Positions 18,798 through 29,535 are shown, counted from the stretch's first letter. The stretch: 64,000 nucleotides of DNA from an uncultured Candidatus Saccharibacteria bacterium (GCA_964426555.1 CAYRQJ010000005.1:5901-69900), one strand, 5' to 3'. Notes: generated by a model from the sequence alone, not told the origin. Translations and numbers: made by a program.

Positions 18798-20399
18798 ATG
18801 AAAGAAAAAATTTCCACACAAATTGCAATAATCTTAAATAAAATAAAGACTTATTTTGTAGATTTTAAAACATTACCAACAAAGAAAAAGATAACTCGCA
18901 TAGTAATTCTGCTTGTGATTTTGTTTATAATTTGGAATGTTGTAAAACCTAAAACAATTGACCCTAATTTAATTACAGTTATACCTGTTGAAACAACAAA
19001 TATTATATCAACTGTAAAATCATCCGGTGTTGTAACATCTGTTACTGATTTAAATTTATCTTTTAAAAATAGTGATTTGGTTCAAACATTGAATGTATCA
19101 GTTGGTGACAAAGTCTCTACTGGACAAATTCTTGCGACTTTGAAAAATGGGAACGAGCTTGGGGCTTTAACTCAAGCCAGAGCATCACTTGCATCAGCTC
19201 AAGCTTCACTTCAAAAAACTATCGAAGGCAGTAGTAGTGAAGAAGTTCGTGTGGCAGAAGTTAGTTTAGAAAATGCAAAACGCAGTTTAAATAATACTCA
19301 GAAATTACAAGATACATTAGTAAAAAATGCACGAATAAATTTATACTCTAATGGGCTTACTGCTGTGTCTTCTTATACTAATTCCAGTACTACTGCGCCT
19401 GTGATTTCAGGAACATATTACGGAGAAACTGAAGAAGAATATACTATAAATATATACGGTACAGGTAATGGTAGTTACGCTAACATTACTAGTACTGGCG
19501 GTGATAGTGGTAGTATCCCTGTAACTACAAATGGTCCAGTAAAGCTGGGGACTCGCGGTCTTTATGTTCAATTTAGTTCTGCGAATTCTTCTTCTTCTGA
19601 ATCTTGGAAAATAAAAGTTCCAAATACTGCAAGTTCTACTTATTCTACAAATCTTAGTGCTTATAATAGTGCATTAGAAACAAAAGATTCTGCAATAGAG
19701 ACTGCTCAGGCTACAGTTGATAATGCAAGTGCAAATCTAGATCTTAAAAAAGCTGCCGCAAGACCAGTAGATATAGATTTAAAACAAGCTGAAGTACTGC
19801 GTGCACAAGGGCAACTTCAAAGTGCACAAGGGGCTTATGAAAATACAATTATTCGCGCTCCAGCAAATGGCACAATAACCAAAGCTGACTTAAAAGTAGG
19901 AGAGCTTGCAAAATCTCTTGATCCAGTAATTGTGCTTCAAGATGTAAGCAAGCTTTATGTTGAATCAAATATTAATGAATCAAATATTACCGAAGTGTTT
20001 GCTGGACAAACAGTTGAAATAACAATTGACGCTTATGGTCCAAATAAATTATTTACCGGAATAGTTACAATGGTTGAACCCGGAGCTACGATTACTGATG
20101 GTATTGTTAACTATAAAGTAAAAGTTTCTCTTGATGTAAATGACGTAAATATAAAACCAGGAATGAATGCTAACTTGGTAATCAAAACTGGTGAAAAAAA
20201 TAATGTGCTAGCAATTCCAAATGCATCTGTAGAAAAAAGAGATGGAAAAAATTATGTTTCGGTTATTACAAACGAAAGTAAGAAAAAATACATAGAAAGA
20301 GAAGTTGTAACCGGTATTGTTGGTAGTGGTAATTTAGTAGAAATTGTATCAGGGCTTGCCACTGGTGAAAAAGTAGCTCTAGTAGAAAAAGAAAAATAA
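18798..20399 (+). CDS. Efflux periplasmic adaptor (HlyD/MacA-like membrane fusion protein) with Ser/Thr-rich low-complexity insert
   Basis: N-terminal TM, biotinyl/lipoyl-like hairpin, coiled coil and beta-barrel C-terminus. ORF track starts at 18756. Confidence 0.7.
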   Translation: MKEKISTQIAIILNKIKTYFVDFKTLPTKKKITRIVILLVILFIIWNVVKPKTIDPNLITVIPVETTNIISTVKSSGVVTSVTDLNLSFKNSDLVQTLNVSVGDKVSTGQILATLKNGNELGALTQARASLASAQASLQKTIEGSSSEEVRVAEVSLENAKRSLNNTQKLQDTLVKNARINLYSNGLTAVSSYTNSSTTAPVISGTYYGETEEEYTINIYGTGNGSYANITSTGGDSGSIPVTTNGPVKLGTRGLYVQFSSANSSSSESWKIKVPNTASSTYSTNLSAYNSALETKDSAIETAQATVDNASANLDLKKAAARPVDIDLKQAEVLRAQGQLQSAQGAYENTIIRAPANGTITKADLKVGELAKSLDPVIVLQDVSKLYVESNINESNITEVFAGQTVEITIDAYGPNKLFTGIVTMVEPGATITDGIVNYKVKVSLDVNDVNIKPGMNANLVIKTGEKNNVLAIPNASVEKRDGKNYVSVITNESKKKYIEREVVTGIVGSGNLVEIVSGLATGEKVALVEKEK

Positions 20400-20402
20400 T
20401 CT

Positions 20403-21695
20403 ATGGATCCTGTACTTGACCGTGAAAAAATTAAAAAAGAAAATTCATTTTCTCAAAATTTGCGCGTTGGTTTCTTTTTAGCAAAAAGAGATATAAAACG
20501 CGCAAACATTTGGACTACGGCATTGATTGTGTCTGTAATGATTTTTACTTTTTTGAATTTAGTTGTTGTTGCTGGAATACTTGTTGGTTTGATTGAAGGA
20601 AGTGAAAACGCAGCACGAAATTATGGTTCAGGGGATGTTGTGGTTTCTGCTTTTTTAAACAAATCAAATATTGAGCATACTCCAGAAATTGTAGACATAA
20701 TCAAAACTTATCCTGGTTATAAAAGCCATACTGTTCGTTATATTGCGTCTGCCAAAGTTTCGTCAGATTATCGCAGTACTATAAAACCAGGAGATTTAAG
20801 AAATGGAGCCGGTGGAACATTAACTGGAATAGATGTAAATCAAGAAGAAGCTTTTTCAGGATTTTCAAAATTCGTAATCCGCGGAGAAGTTTTAACTCCA
20901 ACAGATTTTGACAGTGTTTTGATTGGTAAAAATCTTCTATATGAATTTACACCTATTGAATCTCCTGGATTCCAAACACTAAAAAATATAAATATAGGAG
21001 ACCGCGTCAAAGTAACAGTAGGGAATAACTCTAAAGAATATTTTGTAAAAGGAATACTTTCTTCAAAAGTAGATGAATTTGATAATGTAATAATGACTGT
21101 TGATAGTGAAGTTCGTAAACTAACAGGACAAGACAATTTAAATGCTGACGGGATTTCTATAAAATTAAAAGATGGATATACCGACACTGGAATGAAACAG
21201 TTTTTAATGAATAGTGGTGTAGGAGATTATGCACGTGTGCAAACTTTTGATGAAGCTATCCCAAAATTCTTAAAAGACATAAAGGGTACTTTTGCAATAT
21301 TGGGTAACGCAATTTCTGGTATTGGGTTAATAGTTGCTTGTATTACAATATTTATTGTTATTTTTGTGAACGCAATTACTCGTCGCAGATTTATTGGTAT
21401 TCTAAAAGGTATTGGGATAAACAAAAAAGCTATACTTTATTCATACATGATGCAGGCTATGATATATGCATTTATGGGAATAATAATTGGGATGATATTA
21501 ACTTTTGGTTTAATCAAACCATACTTTGCAGCAAACCCAATTGATTTTCCTTTTTCTGACGGAATACTGGTAGCTACATTTGTGGGAACACTACAGCGTG
21601 CGGGAATATTGTTAATAGCTACTCTTATTTCAGGATATATACCAGCCAGAATGGTCGTAAAACAAAATACACTGGATGCAATTTTAGGAAGATAA
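20403..21695 (+). CDS. ABC transporter permease, MacB/FtsX-like
   Basis: N-terminal TM, large periplasmic domain, C-terminal FtsX-type 3-TM bundle. Confidence 0.8.
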   Translation: MDPVLDREKIKKENSFSQNLRVGFFLAKRDIKRANIWTTALIVSVMIFTFLNLVVVAGILVGLIEGSENAARNYGSGDVVVSAFLNKSNIEHTPEIVDIIKTYPGYKSHTVRYIASAKVSSDYRSTIKPGDLRNGAGGTLTGIDVNQEEAFSGFSKFVIRGEVLTPTDFDSVLIGKNLLYEFTPIESPGFQTLKNINIGDRVKVTVGNNSKEYFVKGILSSKVDEFDNVIMTVDSEVRKLTGQDNLNADGISIKLKDGYTDTGMKQFLMNSGVGDYARVQTFDEAIPKFLKDIKGTFAILGNAISGIGLIVACITIFIVIFVNAITRRRFIGILKGIGINKKAILYSYMMQAMIYAFMGIIIGMILTFGLIKPYFAANPIDFPFSDGILVATFVGTLQRAGILLIATLISGYIPARMVVKQNTLDAILGR

Positions 21696-21704
21696 AATAA
21701 ATTT

Positions 21705-22379
21705 ATGATACAAATAGAAAACATTAGTAAAATATTTCAAAGCGGAGACAGTGAGATTAGAGCAATAGATAATTTATCTTTCTCTATCCCAGCAGGACAA
21801 TTTGTTACTATTTCTGGGAAATCTGGGTCAGGTAAATCAACATTGCTATACCAATTGGGATTACTGGATGAACCAACTCATGGCTCTATTAAAATAGATG
21901 GTGTTGAAATGGTTGGGCTAGATGAAGAAGAAAGAACAATGATAAGACTAAATGATTTGGGCTATGTTTTTCAAGACTATGCTGTTATTCCATCATTAAC
22001 TGCAATTGAAAATGTAATGGTGCCACTATTAATGCAAGGTGATACAGAAGCCATGGCAAAAACAAAATCCATAAATGCAATGGAGAAAGTTGGATTAGGA
22101 AATAGATTAGATAATCTACCTTCACAGCTTTCAGGGGGGCAACAACAGCGTGTGGCAATTGCGCGGGCTATAGCGCACAACCCCAAGATTATTTTTGCCG
22201 ACGAGCCAACAGCTAATTTAGATTCTGAAACTTCAGACCAAGTAATACATACTTTTCTTAAATTAAATCAGGAAGGTCAAACCATAGTTATGGTTACCCA
22301 CGAACCCGAATATGCTCAAATGGCCCACAGGACAATTTATCTTGCAGATGGTAAAATAGTAGAAGATAAGATGAATTAA
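21705..22379 (+). CDS. ABC transporter ATP-binding protein
   Basis: Walker [10 protein letters not shown], signature LSGGQQQR, Walker B IIFADEPT. Confidence 0.9.
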   Translation: MIQIENISKIFQSGDSEIRAIDNLSFSIPAGQFVTISGKSGSGKSTLLYQLGLLDEPTHGSIKIDGVEMVGLDEEERTMIRLNDLGYVFQDYAVIPSLTAIENVMVPLLMQGDTEAMAKTKSINAMEKVGLGNRLDNLPSQLSGGQQQRVAIARAIAHNPKIIFADEPTANLDSETSDQVIHTFLKLNQEGQTIVMVTHEPEYAQMAHRTIYLADGKIVEDKMN

Positions 22380-22397
22380 TAGTTAACGATAAATTAT

Positions 22398-23204
22398 ATG
22401 AATACAATTTTCGACAATAAAAAAACATTACAAGGAATAATAATTGCAGTTGCAGTGTGTCTTTGTGTTTTCTTTTTAGCGCAGGCTAGTAGTGCAATAA
22501 AAGAAGAAAGCAAAAATGATATGCCAGCTACAATTACAGTAACAGGTGACGGTGAATTTTTTGCAGTTCCTGATACTGCAACATTTACTTTTAGTGTAGA
22601 GAAAGAGGGGAAGACTCAGAAAGAAGCTAACGATACTGGTGCAACTATAATGAACAAAATAATAGATACACTGAAAAAAGATTATGGTATGAGTAGTACA
22701 AAAGATTTAAAGACTATTAGTATGTCTGTAAATCCAAAATACGAATATTCTGTACCAAAGCCATGTTACGGTGAAATTTGTCCAGCATATATGCCAGTAT
22801 CTCAACAAAAAATAGTTGGCTACACATTTAGTCAAACTGTAACTGCAAAAATAAACAACCTTGATAAAGCCGGAGAAATTTCTGCAAAGCTTAGCGAACT
22901 GGGCGCTACAAATGTAAACGGTCCAGAATTTACTTTGAAAGACGAAGACGTAGCTAAAGAAACAGCTCGTAAAGACGCAATTACAAATGCACAAGAAAAA
23001 GCAAAAATATTAGCAGACCAATTGGGAGTAAGACTGGGTAAGATTCAAAATTTCTCTGAAAATGCTGGTGGCGGAATGTACCCAGTAGCTTATGGTGGAG
23101 ACATGATGCGTTCTGCTACTATGGAAAAATCTGTTGCTCCAGAAATGCCAACAGGGGAGAACAAATATATTTCTAATGTGTCTATAACTTATAAAATAAA
23201 ATAA
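22398..23204 (+). CDS. SIMPL-domain (DUF541) periplasmic protein
   Basis: ITVTGDGEFFAVPDTATFTFSV matches the SIMPL family N-terminal motif. Confidence 0.65.
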   Translation: MNTIFDNKKTLQGIIIAVAVCLCVFFLAQASSAIKEESKNDMPATITVTGDGEFFAVPDTATFTFSVEKEGKTQKEANDTGATIMNKIIDTLKKDYGMSSTKDLKTISMSVNPKYEYSVPKPCYGEICPAYMPVSQQKIVGYTFSQTVTAKINNLDKAGEISAKLSELGATNVNGPEFTLKDEDVAKETARKDAITNAQEKAKILADQLGVRLGKIQNFSENAGGGMYPVAYGGDMMRSATMEKSVAPEMPTGENKYISNVSITYKIK

Positions 23205-23215
23205 GATAAATACTA

Positions 23216-23246
23216 ATAAAAAGCCCTGAAATCAGGGCTTTTTATG
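23216..23246 (+). terminator. Intrinsic terminator (AAGCCCTGA-AA-TCAGGGCTT + T5)
   Basis: Stem at 23221-23240. Confidence 0.75.
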
Positions 23247-23249
23247 TGT

Positions 23250-23278
23250 TTGACTTTTGGGGGTAAATACGGTAGTAT
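23250..23278 (+). promoter_or_regulatory. Sigma70-like promoter, TTGACT, 17 nt, TAGTAT, for secE-nusG
   Basis: TTGACT at 23250-23255 and TAGTAT at 23273-23278. The block GTGTTTGACTTT is repeated at 50001-50012. Confidence 0.5.
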
Positions 23279-23334
23279 ATCTATATAGGGCCCCGAAAGG
23301 GCTTTTAAAATTGCCCGAATTAATTTATATTTTT

Positions 23335-23520
23335 ATGGAAAAAATTACAAACTATTTAAAAGCAACAAAGTTAGAAATGGCAAATGTTGTATGGCCAAAG
23401 AGAAACATGGTGTTTGTGCACACTATTATTGTAGTTGTTATTGCACTTTTTGTTGGTTACCTTTCAGGATTTTTGGATTCTCTGTTTAAAATGGGACTTG
23501 GAAAATTACTTGGATTTTAA
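23335..23520 (+). CDS. secE: Preprotein translocase subunit SecE
   Basis: MEKITNYLKATKLEMANVVWP + single TM; followed by nusG. Confidence 0.8.
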   Translation: MEKITNYLKATKLEMANVVWPKRNMVFVHTIIVVVIALFVGYLSGFLDSLFKMGLGKLLGF

Positions 23521-23540
23521 TAATTAAATTTTAAAAACAT

Positions 23541-24086
23541 ATGGCAAAACAAGGCGAAGGAAACCGTAACTGGTATGCAGTGCATACATATGCAGGTTAC
23601 GAAAATGCAGTCCTAAGAAATTTGCGTCAACGTATTGATTCACTGGGGATGCAAGAAAAAATATTCAATGTTGTTGTTCCTACTGAAAAGAAAATAAAAA
23701 TCAAAGGTAACAAGCGCGTAGAAGTAGAAGAAAAAACTTATCCCGGTTATGTGCTAGTAGATATGATAGTAACTGATGATTCATGGTATGTAGTACGAAA
23801 TACTCCTAGAGTTACAGGATTCGTTGGGGCAGGGGTAAACCCAGTTCCATTAACTGACAAAGAAGTAGAATCGTTATTTAAAACAATGAATACTGAAAAT
23901 GAAGTAATCTACACATCTCTATATTCAGTAGACGAACCAATAAGAATTACTGATGGTCCATTTAAAGACTTAGAAGGTGTTGTTTCCGAAGTAGATACAG
24001 TTCATGGTAAAGTAAAAGTATTAGTATCTCTTTTTGGAAGAGAAACACCGGTAGAATTAGACTTTTTACAAGTAAAGAAATTATAA
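23541..24086 (+). CDS. nusG: Transcription termination/antitermination factor NusG
   Basis: NGN domain WYAVHTYAGYE plus C-terminal KOW. Confidence 0.9.
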   Translation: MAKQGEGNRNWYAVHTYAGYENAVLRNLRQRIDSLGMQEKIFNVVVPTEKKIKIKGNKRVEVEEKTYPGYVLVDMIVTDDSWYVVRNTPRVTGFVGAGVNPVPLTDKEVESLFKTMNTENEVIYTSLYSVDEPIRITDGPFKDLEGVVSEVDTVHGKVKVLVSLFGRETPVELDFLQVKKL

Positions 24087-24173
24087 GAAAAAATATTCGT
24101 TTCTGGGGCTCAAATATATGTCGCGAGCAAGCTTCTCCCAGGGCGACAAAATAGTTAATTAATTAATAAATTT

Positions 24174-24602
24174 ATGGCAACTAAGAAAATAATCAAAAAC
24201 GCAAAATTTCTTGCACCAGCAGGTAAAGCAACACCAGCTCCACCACTTGGTCCAGTATTAGGTCAAGCCGGAGTAAACATTGCCGAATTCTGTCAAAAAT
24301 TTAACGCTGCATCACAAGAATTTCTTGGAGAAACAGTAGGTGTAAAACTAACAGTTTACGAAGACAGAACTTACGATTTCTTTATTAAAACTCCGCCAGT
24401 TACAGGTATGATTTTAAAAGCTGCTGGTATGGAAAAAGGAGCTGCAAAAGCAGGTTCAAGTAAAGCAGGTAAAATCACTCGTGCTCAAGCTGAAGAAATT
24501 GCAAAAAGAAAAATGCAAGATCTAAATGCTAAAGATTTAGAAGGTGCAGTAAAAATTATTGCTGGATCTGCTCGATCTATGGGTATCCAAATTGTAGACT
24601 AA
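24174..24602 (+). CDS. rplK: 50S ribosomal protein L11
   Basis: PAGKATPAPPLGPVLGQAGVNI. Confidence 0.95.
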   Translation: MATKKIIKNAKFLAPAGKATPAPPLGPVLGQAGVNIAEFCQKFNAASQEFLGETVGVKLTVYEDRTYDFFIKTPPVTGMILKAAGMEKGAAKAGSSKAGKITRAQAEEIAKRKMQDLNAKDLEGAVKIIAGSARSMGIQIVD

Positions 24603-24618
24603 ATAGAAATATTCATTA

Positions 24619-24641
24619 TTACCCCCGCAAGGGGGTTTTAT
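24619..24641 (+). terminator. Intrinsic terminator (ACCCCC-GCAA-GGGGGT + T-run)
   Basis: Stem at 24621-24636. Confidence 0.75.
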
Positions 24642-24677
24642 TGTTGGAGTATCTTTATGGTGGTATAATATAATTAT

Positions 24678-25520
24678 ATGGAAAACAATAATTCATCCAG
24701 CAGTGTTATGTCTTTAATAAAAAGTAGCACTCGTTTTTTTAAACAAAATTACCAGCTATATCTACCAGTCTTAGTAATATTGTATGTATTTACAATACTG
24801 CGTATCCCAACAGAAGAAGGAAATCAATTTTCTTTACTTGGTTTAATTCTTCAAATTGGATACCTATATTTTTTAATAGGATTTATGAAACTAGTTGTTA
24901 GTAATAACAATACAAGTCAATTGTCTGTTAAAAATATTTTTCCAAATATTAAAACTATAATTCGTCCAGTTGCAACATTGGTTTCTTTGGTTGTTGCTAT
25001 GATGGTTATTTATTTACCTTTTGTTTTGCTTATAGCAAGTAGTTTTATAAAAAATATTACAAATAATATAATGCCCAAAGAAGCAATATACAGTATGTTC
25101 CCTGTAATTTTGGTTTTTATTATTTTAGTAATTTTGACTTCTTTTATTTTAAATTCAACACTACTATTCTCAATAAAAAACAATACTTGGCCAATGCGCT
25201 CTGTTAAAGATTTCTTTAAATCCGTAAAAGGAAGACTCTTTAAAACTTTTGGTAAAATAATGCTTTTAACTTTTTACATGCTGTGTATTGTTATGGTTAT
25301 GGCATTACTATTTACGTTAGTTACAATTGGTTTTGGGTCTGAATATATTTCTATGGTTATATTGCTTGCAGTATTTCAACTAACTATTTTCCCTGTATAT
25401 TATATTTGTTTTACTAAAATAGTTTTACCAATAGATAACGAAAACCATAATTTACCTGAAATTCAGCCATTAGAAGTTAATCCGCCAGTAGAAATTGATT
25501 CTGTTGGTCAAAATATATAA
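24678..25520 (+). CDS. Hypothetical polytopic membrane protein
   Basis: 280-aa hydrophobic ORF. TGgTATAAT at 24661-24669 plus an 8-nt spacer. Confidence 0.45.
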   Translation: MENNNSSSSVMSLIKSSTRFFKQNYQLYLPVLVILYVFTILRIPTEEGNQFSLLGLILQIGYLYFLIGFMKLVVSNNNTSQLSVKNIFPNIKTIIRPVATLVSLVVAMMVIYLPFVLLIASSFIKNITNNIMPKEAIYSMFPVILVFIILVILTSFILNSTLLFSIKNNTWPMRSVKDFFKSVKGRLFKTFGKIMLLTFYMLCIVMVMALLFTLVTIGFGSEYISMVILLAVFQLTIFPVYYICFTKIVLPIDNENHNLPEIQPLEVNPPVEIDSVGQNI

Positions 25521-25677
25521 TATGTTTTTTACAAAAGTCTTAAGTCACATTCAAACAATAGGGTATGTCTATTTTTTGCTTATAATCGTAGCAGATATAA
25601 TACTTTGGAAGATTCATCCAGTGTTAGGAGTCTTAGGGGTTCTATTCACATTTGCATTTCTTCTTGGTTGGCTATAA
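25495..25677 (+). CDS. Small hypothetical membrane protein
   Basis: 60-aa ORF with two TM helices. Weak support. Confidence 0.25.
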   Translation: MILLVKIYNMFFTKVLSHIQTIGYVYFLLIIVADIILWKIHPVLGVLGVLFTFAFLLGWL

Positions 25678-25713
25678 TTTGTTTTAAAATAAAATAAAAT
25701 TATTTTTTTAGTA

Positions 25714-25747
25714 ACCCAAAAAGCTTCCTATAGGAAGCTTTTTGGGT
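25714..25747. terminator. Bidirectional terminator: 34-nt perfect palindrome ACCCAAAAAGCTTCCTATAGGAAGCTTTTTGGGT
   Basis: Perfect palindrome with embedded A-run and T-run. Confidence 0.7.
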
Positions 25748-25901
25748 TATGGTATTGACTACAGTAAATATAAATTTTCTAACCCCCAAAAACACCTCTT
25801 TTTGGGTTTTCCACTGTTTTTTTTCGGGCCAAATTTTGGTATTATGATAGTCCATGCAGGTAACTATGTCGCATGCATTATAATAATATATCAATTTATC
25901 C

Positions 25902-28436
25902 ATGTCGATCTTTATAACCCATCGTGACGGTACAAAAGAAGAGTTTAATGCTGACCACATTAACCGTTCTATTGAAAAAGCCGCAGCTAACCTTACTGAC
26001 ATCACTGCAAAAGTGATGCAAATTGCTTCAGAAACACAGCTCACATTGTATGATGGTATAACAACCGACGAACTTGATATTGCAACTATAAATGCAGCAC
26101 TTCAAAATGCTCAAGAAGATTTAGAATTCGACAAAATTGCTACACGACTACTTTTAAAAGTAATTTATAAAAGAGTATTAGGTGCATACCCAGAAGAAGA
26201 ATTAGATAACGCACACAAAAATGGTTTCAAAGAATTTATTTCAAAAGGTATTGAAATTAATGTTCTAAACAAAAATTTGGGAGAACTTTTTGATCTAGAT
26301 GCTCTTTCCAATGCACTGGATTTATCTCGTGATGAACTATATTCTTATTCTGGAATTTCTTCAATGCAAAATCGCTACCTTACAAAAGGAACCGATGGTC
26401 ATGCAATTGAAACACCACAATATTTTTGGATGCGTGTAGCTATGGCAATGTCTACAAACGAAGTAGACCGTAATGCTTGGGCAATAAAGTTTTATGAAAA
26501 AATGTCAAAACTTGAGTATCTTTCAGCAGGATCAACTAACATTGGTGCAGGTACAAACAAATCCAGTTTGTCTAACTGTTACTTAATGGAAATGCACGAC
26601 GACATGGCACATATTGGTAAAACAATATCTGACGTCTTACTGCTTTCTAAAGCAACAGGTGGTATTGGTCTTTCTGTAACAAAGCTTCGCGCAGAAGGCA
26701 GTATGCTCTCATCTACAAATACAGCATCCAGTGGTCCAATTCCATTTTTACATACTATTGATTCTGCAATTCGTGCAGTACAACGTGGTGGTAAAAAATT
26801 AGGAGCATTATGTTTCTATATGGAAAACTGGCATCTTAATTTTCAAGATTTTCTAGATCTAAAACAAAATGCAGGAGATGACTATCGTCGTGCGCGTACA
26901 GCAAATACTGCTGTGTTTATATCAGACGAATTTATGCGCCGAGTTAGTGCTGGAGAAGACTGGTATCTTTTTGACCCTAATGAAGTAAAAGATTTAAATG
27001 AGCTTTATGGAGATGCCTTTACAAAAAGATATACTGAATATTGCCAAATGGCTGAAAATGGACAAATTAAAATTTGGTCAAAATTACCAGCATCACAACA
27101 ATATAAAAATATTATTGTAATGCTAGAAACTACTTCACACCCATGGCTTACTTGGAAAGATACTATTAATGCCAGAGCATTAAATAATAATACTGGTACA
27201 ATTCACTGTTCTAATTTGTGTACAGAAGTAACATTACCTACTGACCGGGACAATATTGCTGTATGTAATCTTATTTCAATTAACTTGGCAAAACACATTA
27301 ATGGTACTGAAATAAACTGGCCACTACTTGAAGAATCTACTCGTCTTTCAATTCGCCAGTTAGATAATCTTATTGATGTGAATGTTCCACCAATTCCAGA
27401 AGCTAAAAAAGCTGATAAAGAAAATCGTGCAGTTGGTCTTGGTCTTATGGGACTAACCGACACAATTGAAAAGTTGGGAATGTCTTATGAAGATAGTGAT
27501 GCCGCAGAATTAACTGATAAAGTTTTTGAATTTATATCATATTGTGCAATTGATGAGTCTGCTAACTTAGCGGAAGAGCGTGGAAGTTATGGAAATTTCC
27601 CTGGATCAGGCTGGAGTAAAGGTATGGTTCCAATTGATACACTAGCAGTACTAGAATACGAGCGTGGAGAAGAATTAACTGTTTCAAAAGTTTCTTCTTA
27701 TGTTAACCCAATAGTTGATTGGGATAAGTTACGAGCAAAAGTAAAAAATGGAGTTCGTAATGCTACAGTAATGGCAATTGCACCAAATGCAAACATTGGT
27801 CTTGTGGCAGGAACCAGCCCGGGTATTGACCCAAGATTTGCGCAAATGTTTTCAAGAAATAAAATCTCAGGAAAATATTTAGAAGTTAATCCAAACTTGG
27901 TTCATGATTTAAAGAAAGAAGGACTATGGGAAAAAGTTCGTGGTGCAATACTTGAAAACCATGGTGACATTTCAGAAATTGACAGTATTCCAGAAAAAAT
28001 AAAACATATTTACAAAACTTCTTTTTCAATCTCACCATATGCATTTATTGAAATTGCAGCTCGTGCTCAAAAATGGGTAGATCAAGCAATCTCTCGTAAT
28101 ATGTATCTAGAAACTAGAGACATTGAAGAAGTTACAAATGTATATATGCAAGCTTGGAAGAAAGGTCTTAAGACTACGTATTATCTACATATGAAACCTC
28201 GTCATAGCGCTGAACAAAGTACAACCAGTGTAAATAAATCTCAAACTATGGGTAAAGTTGGATTTGCATCATTAAGAATGAAAGCAATTCCTGTAGCTAA
28301 TATTGAAACTATTGATCCTGTTATTTCTTCAGCTGAAACAGATGTAGTAATTCCAGCACATAACGAAGAACCAAAAATAAAAGTTCATGTCGTAAACGAT
28401 CCTCAAGATGCTCTTCTTTGTGAAGGTTGTCAATAA
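25902..28436 (+). CDS. nrdA: Ribonucleoside-diphosphate reductase alpha subunit (class I, with ATP-cone)
   Basis: N-terminal ATP-cone, catalytic NLCTEV region, C-terminal CEGCQ. Confidence 0.9.
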   Translation: MSIFITHRDGTKEEFNADHINRSIEKAAANLTDITAKVMQIASETQLTLYDGITTDELDIATINAALQNAQEDLEFDKIATRLLLKVIYKRVLGAYPEEELDNAHKNGFKEFISKGIEINVLNKNLGELFDLDALSNALDLSRDELYSYSGISSMQNRYLTKGTDGHAIETPQYFWMRVAMAMSTNEVDRNAWAIKFYEKMSKLEYLSAGSTNIGAGTNKSSLSNCYLMEMHDDMAHIGKTISDVLLLSKATGGIGLSVTKLRAEGSMLSSTNTASSGPIPFLHTIDSAIRAVQRGGKKLGALCFYMENWHLNFQDFLDLKQNAGDDYRRARTANTAVFISDEFMRRVSAGEDWYLFDPNEVKDLNELYGDAFTKRYTEYCQMAENGQIKIWSKLPASQQYKNIIVMLETTSHPWLTWKDTINARALNNNTGTIHCSNLCTEVTLPTDRDNIAVCNLISINLAKHINGTEINWPLLEESTRLSIRQLDNLIDVNVPPIPEAKKADKENRAVGLGLMGLTDTIEKLGMSYEDSDAAELTDKVFEFISYCAIDESANLAEERGSYGNFPGSGWSKGMVPIDTLAVLEYERGEELTVSKVSSYVNPIVDWDKLRAKVKNGVRNATVMAIAPNANIGLVAGTSPGIDPRFAQMFSRNKISGKYLEVNPNLVHDLKKEGLWEKVRGAILENHGDISEIDSIPEKIKHIYKTSFSISPYAFIEIAARAQKWVDQAISRNMYLETRDIEEVTNVYMQAWKKGLKTTYYLHMKPRHSAEQSTTSVNKSQTMGKVGFASLRMKAIPVANIETIDPVISSAETDVVIPAHNEEPKIKVHVVNDPQDALLCEGCQ

Positions 28437-28460
28437 TTATAAATTAACTAAATATCATAT

Positions 28461-29477
28461 ATGTTATTAGGAAAACCAGCACCAGCAGACACAACACTTC
28501 ACCCAATGCATTACAAATGGGCTTATGATTTATATCAGCAAGCTGTTCGTAATACTTGGTTCCCACACGAAATTGCATTAGGTGAAGATTTGGCGGATTG
28601 GAAAAAAATGACCGACGATGAAAAGCATGCACTGTCTTTTCTTATGGCATTTTTTAACCCAGCCGAACTAATTGTTAATCGTTCACTTGCACTAGGAGTG
28701 TATCCTTATGTAAAAGCTCCAGAAGCTCATCTATATTTAGCAAAACAAATGTGGGAAGAAGCAAACCACTGTGTAGCTTTTGAATATGTACTGGAAACTT
28801 TTCCACTAGACCGTGAAGAAGTATACAAAGTCCATTTAAATACTGAAAGTATGATCGCTAAAGAAGCTTTCATTGAAAAATATTTAACTCGCATGACAGA
28901 AATGAGTATAGATATTGAAACAATTGAAGGTAAAAAAGATTTTATTAGAAATCTTGTAGCTACAAATATCGTAATGGAAGGTGTATGGTTTTACACTGGG
29001 TTTATGGTGGCGCTTTCTTTCCGACAAAGAAACTTGCTTCGTAACTTGGGTTCAATGATCAACTGGGTTGTTCGTGATGAATCTCTACATCTTAAATTTG
29101 GAATTGGTTTAATCATGCAAGGTCTTGAAGAAAACCCAGAAATGTTAACCGAAGAATTTGCAGACGAAATTAGAAACATTGTTATAGAAGGAGTAGACTT
29201 AGAATGTAATTACAATAAAGATTTATTCCCTCATGGAATTCTTGGATTAAACGCTGACTATGTTAACCAATATGTTCAATATATTGCAGACCGAAGATTG
29301 GAAGAGCTGGGACTACCAGCCCATTACAATGTTACAAATCCTGCAAAATGGATGAGTACAGCAAATGATGTGTTTGAACTAGTAAATTTCTTTGAATCTC
29401 AAAATACAAACTACGAAGTTGATGCTGGTGGCCACAGTAATACAAAAAAAGAAGAAGATAAAGAAGAAAGTAAATAA
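28461..29477 (+). CDS. nrdB: Ribonucleoside-diphosphate reductase beta subunit
   Basis: Di-iron ligands EEANHCVAFEYVLE and RDESLH, plus tyrosyl-radical region. Confidence 0.9.
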   Translation: MLLGKPAPADTTLHPMHYKWAYDLYQQAVRNTWFPHEIALGEDLADWKKMTDDEKHALSFLMAFFNPAELIVNRSLALGVYPYVKAPEAHLYLAKQMWEEANHCVAFEYVLETFPLDREEVYKVHLNTESMIAKEAFIEKYLTRMTEMSIDIETIEGKKDFIRNLVATNIVMEGVWFYTGFMVALSFRQRNLLRNLGSMINWVVRDESLHLKFGIGLIMQGLEENPEMLTEEFADEIRNIVIEGVDLECNYNKDLFPHGILGLNADYVNQYVQYIADRRLEELGLPAHYNVTNPAKWMSTANDVFELVNFFESQNTNYEVDAGGHSNTKKEEDKEESK

Positions 29478-29479
29478 TA

Positions 29480-29506
29480 AAAAGCCCCGCAATGCGGGGC
29501 TTTTTA
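29480..29506 (+). terminator. Intrinsic terminator (GCCCCGC-AAT-GCGGGGC + T5)
   Basis: Stem at 29484-29500. Confidence 0.8.
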
Positions 29507-29535
29507 ATTTACTCATTTTAGAGTATATTGAAGCT

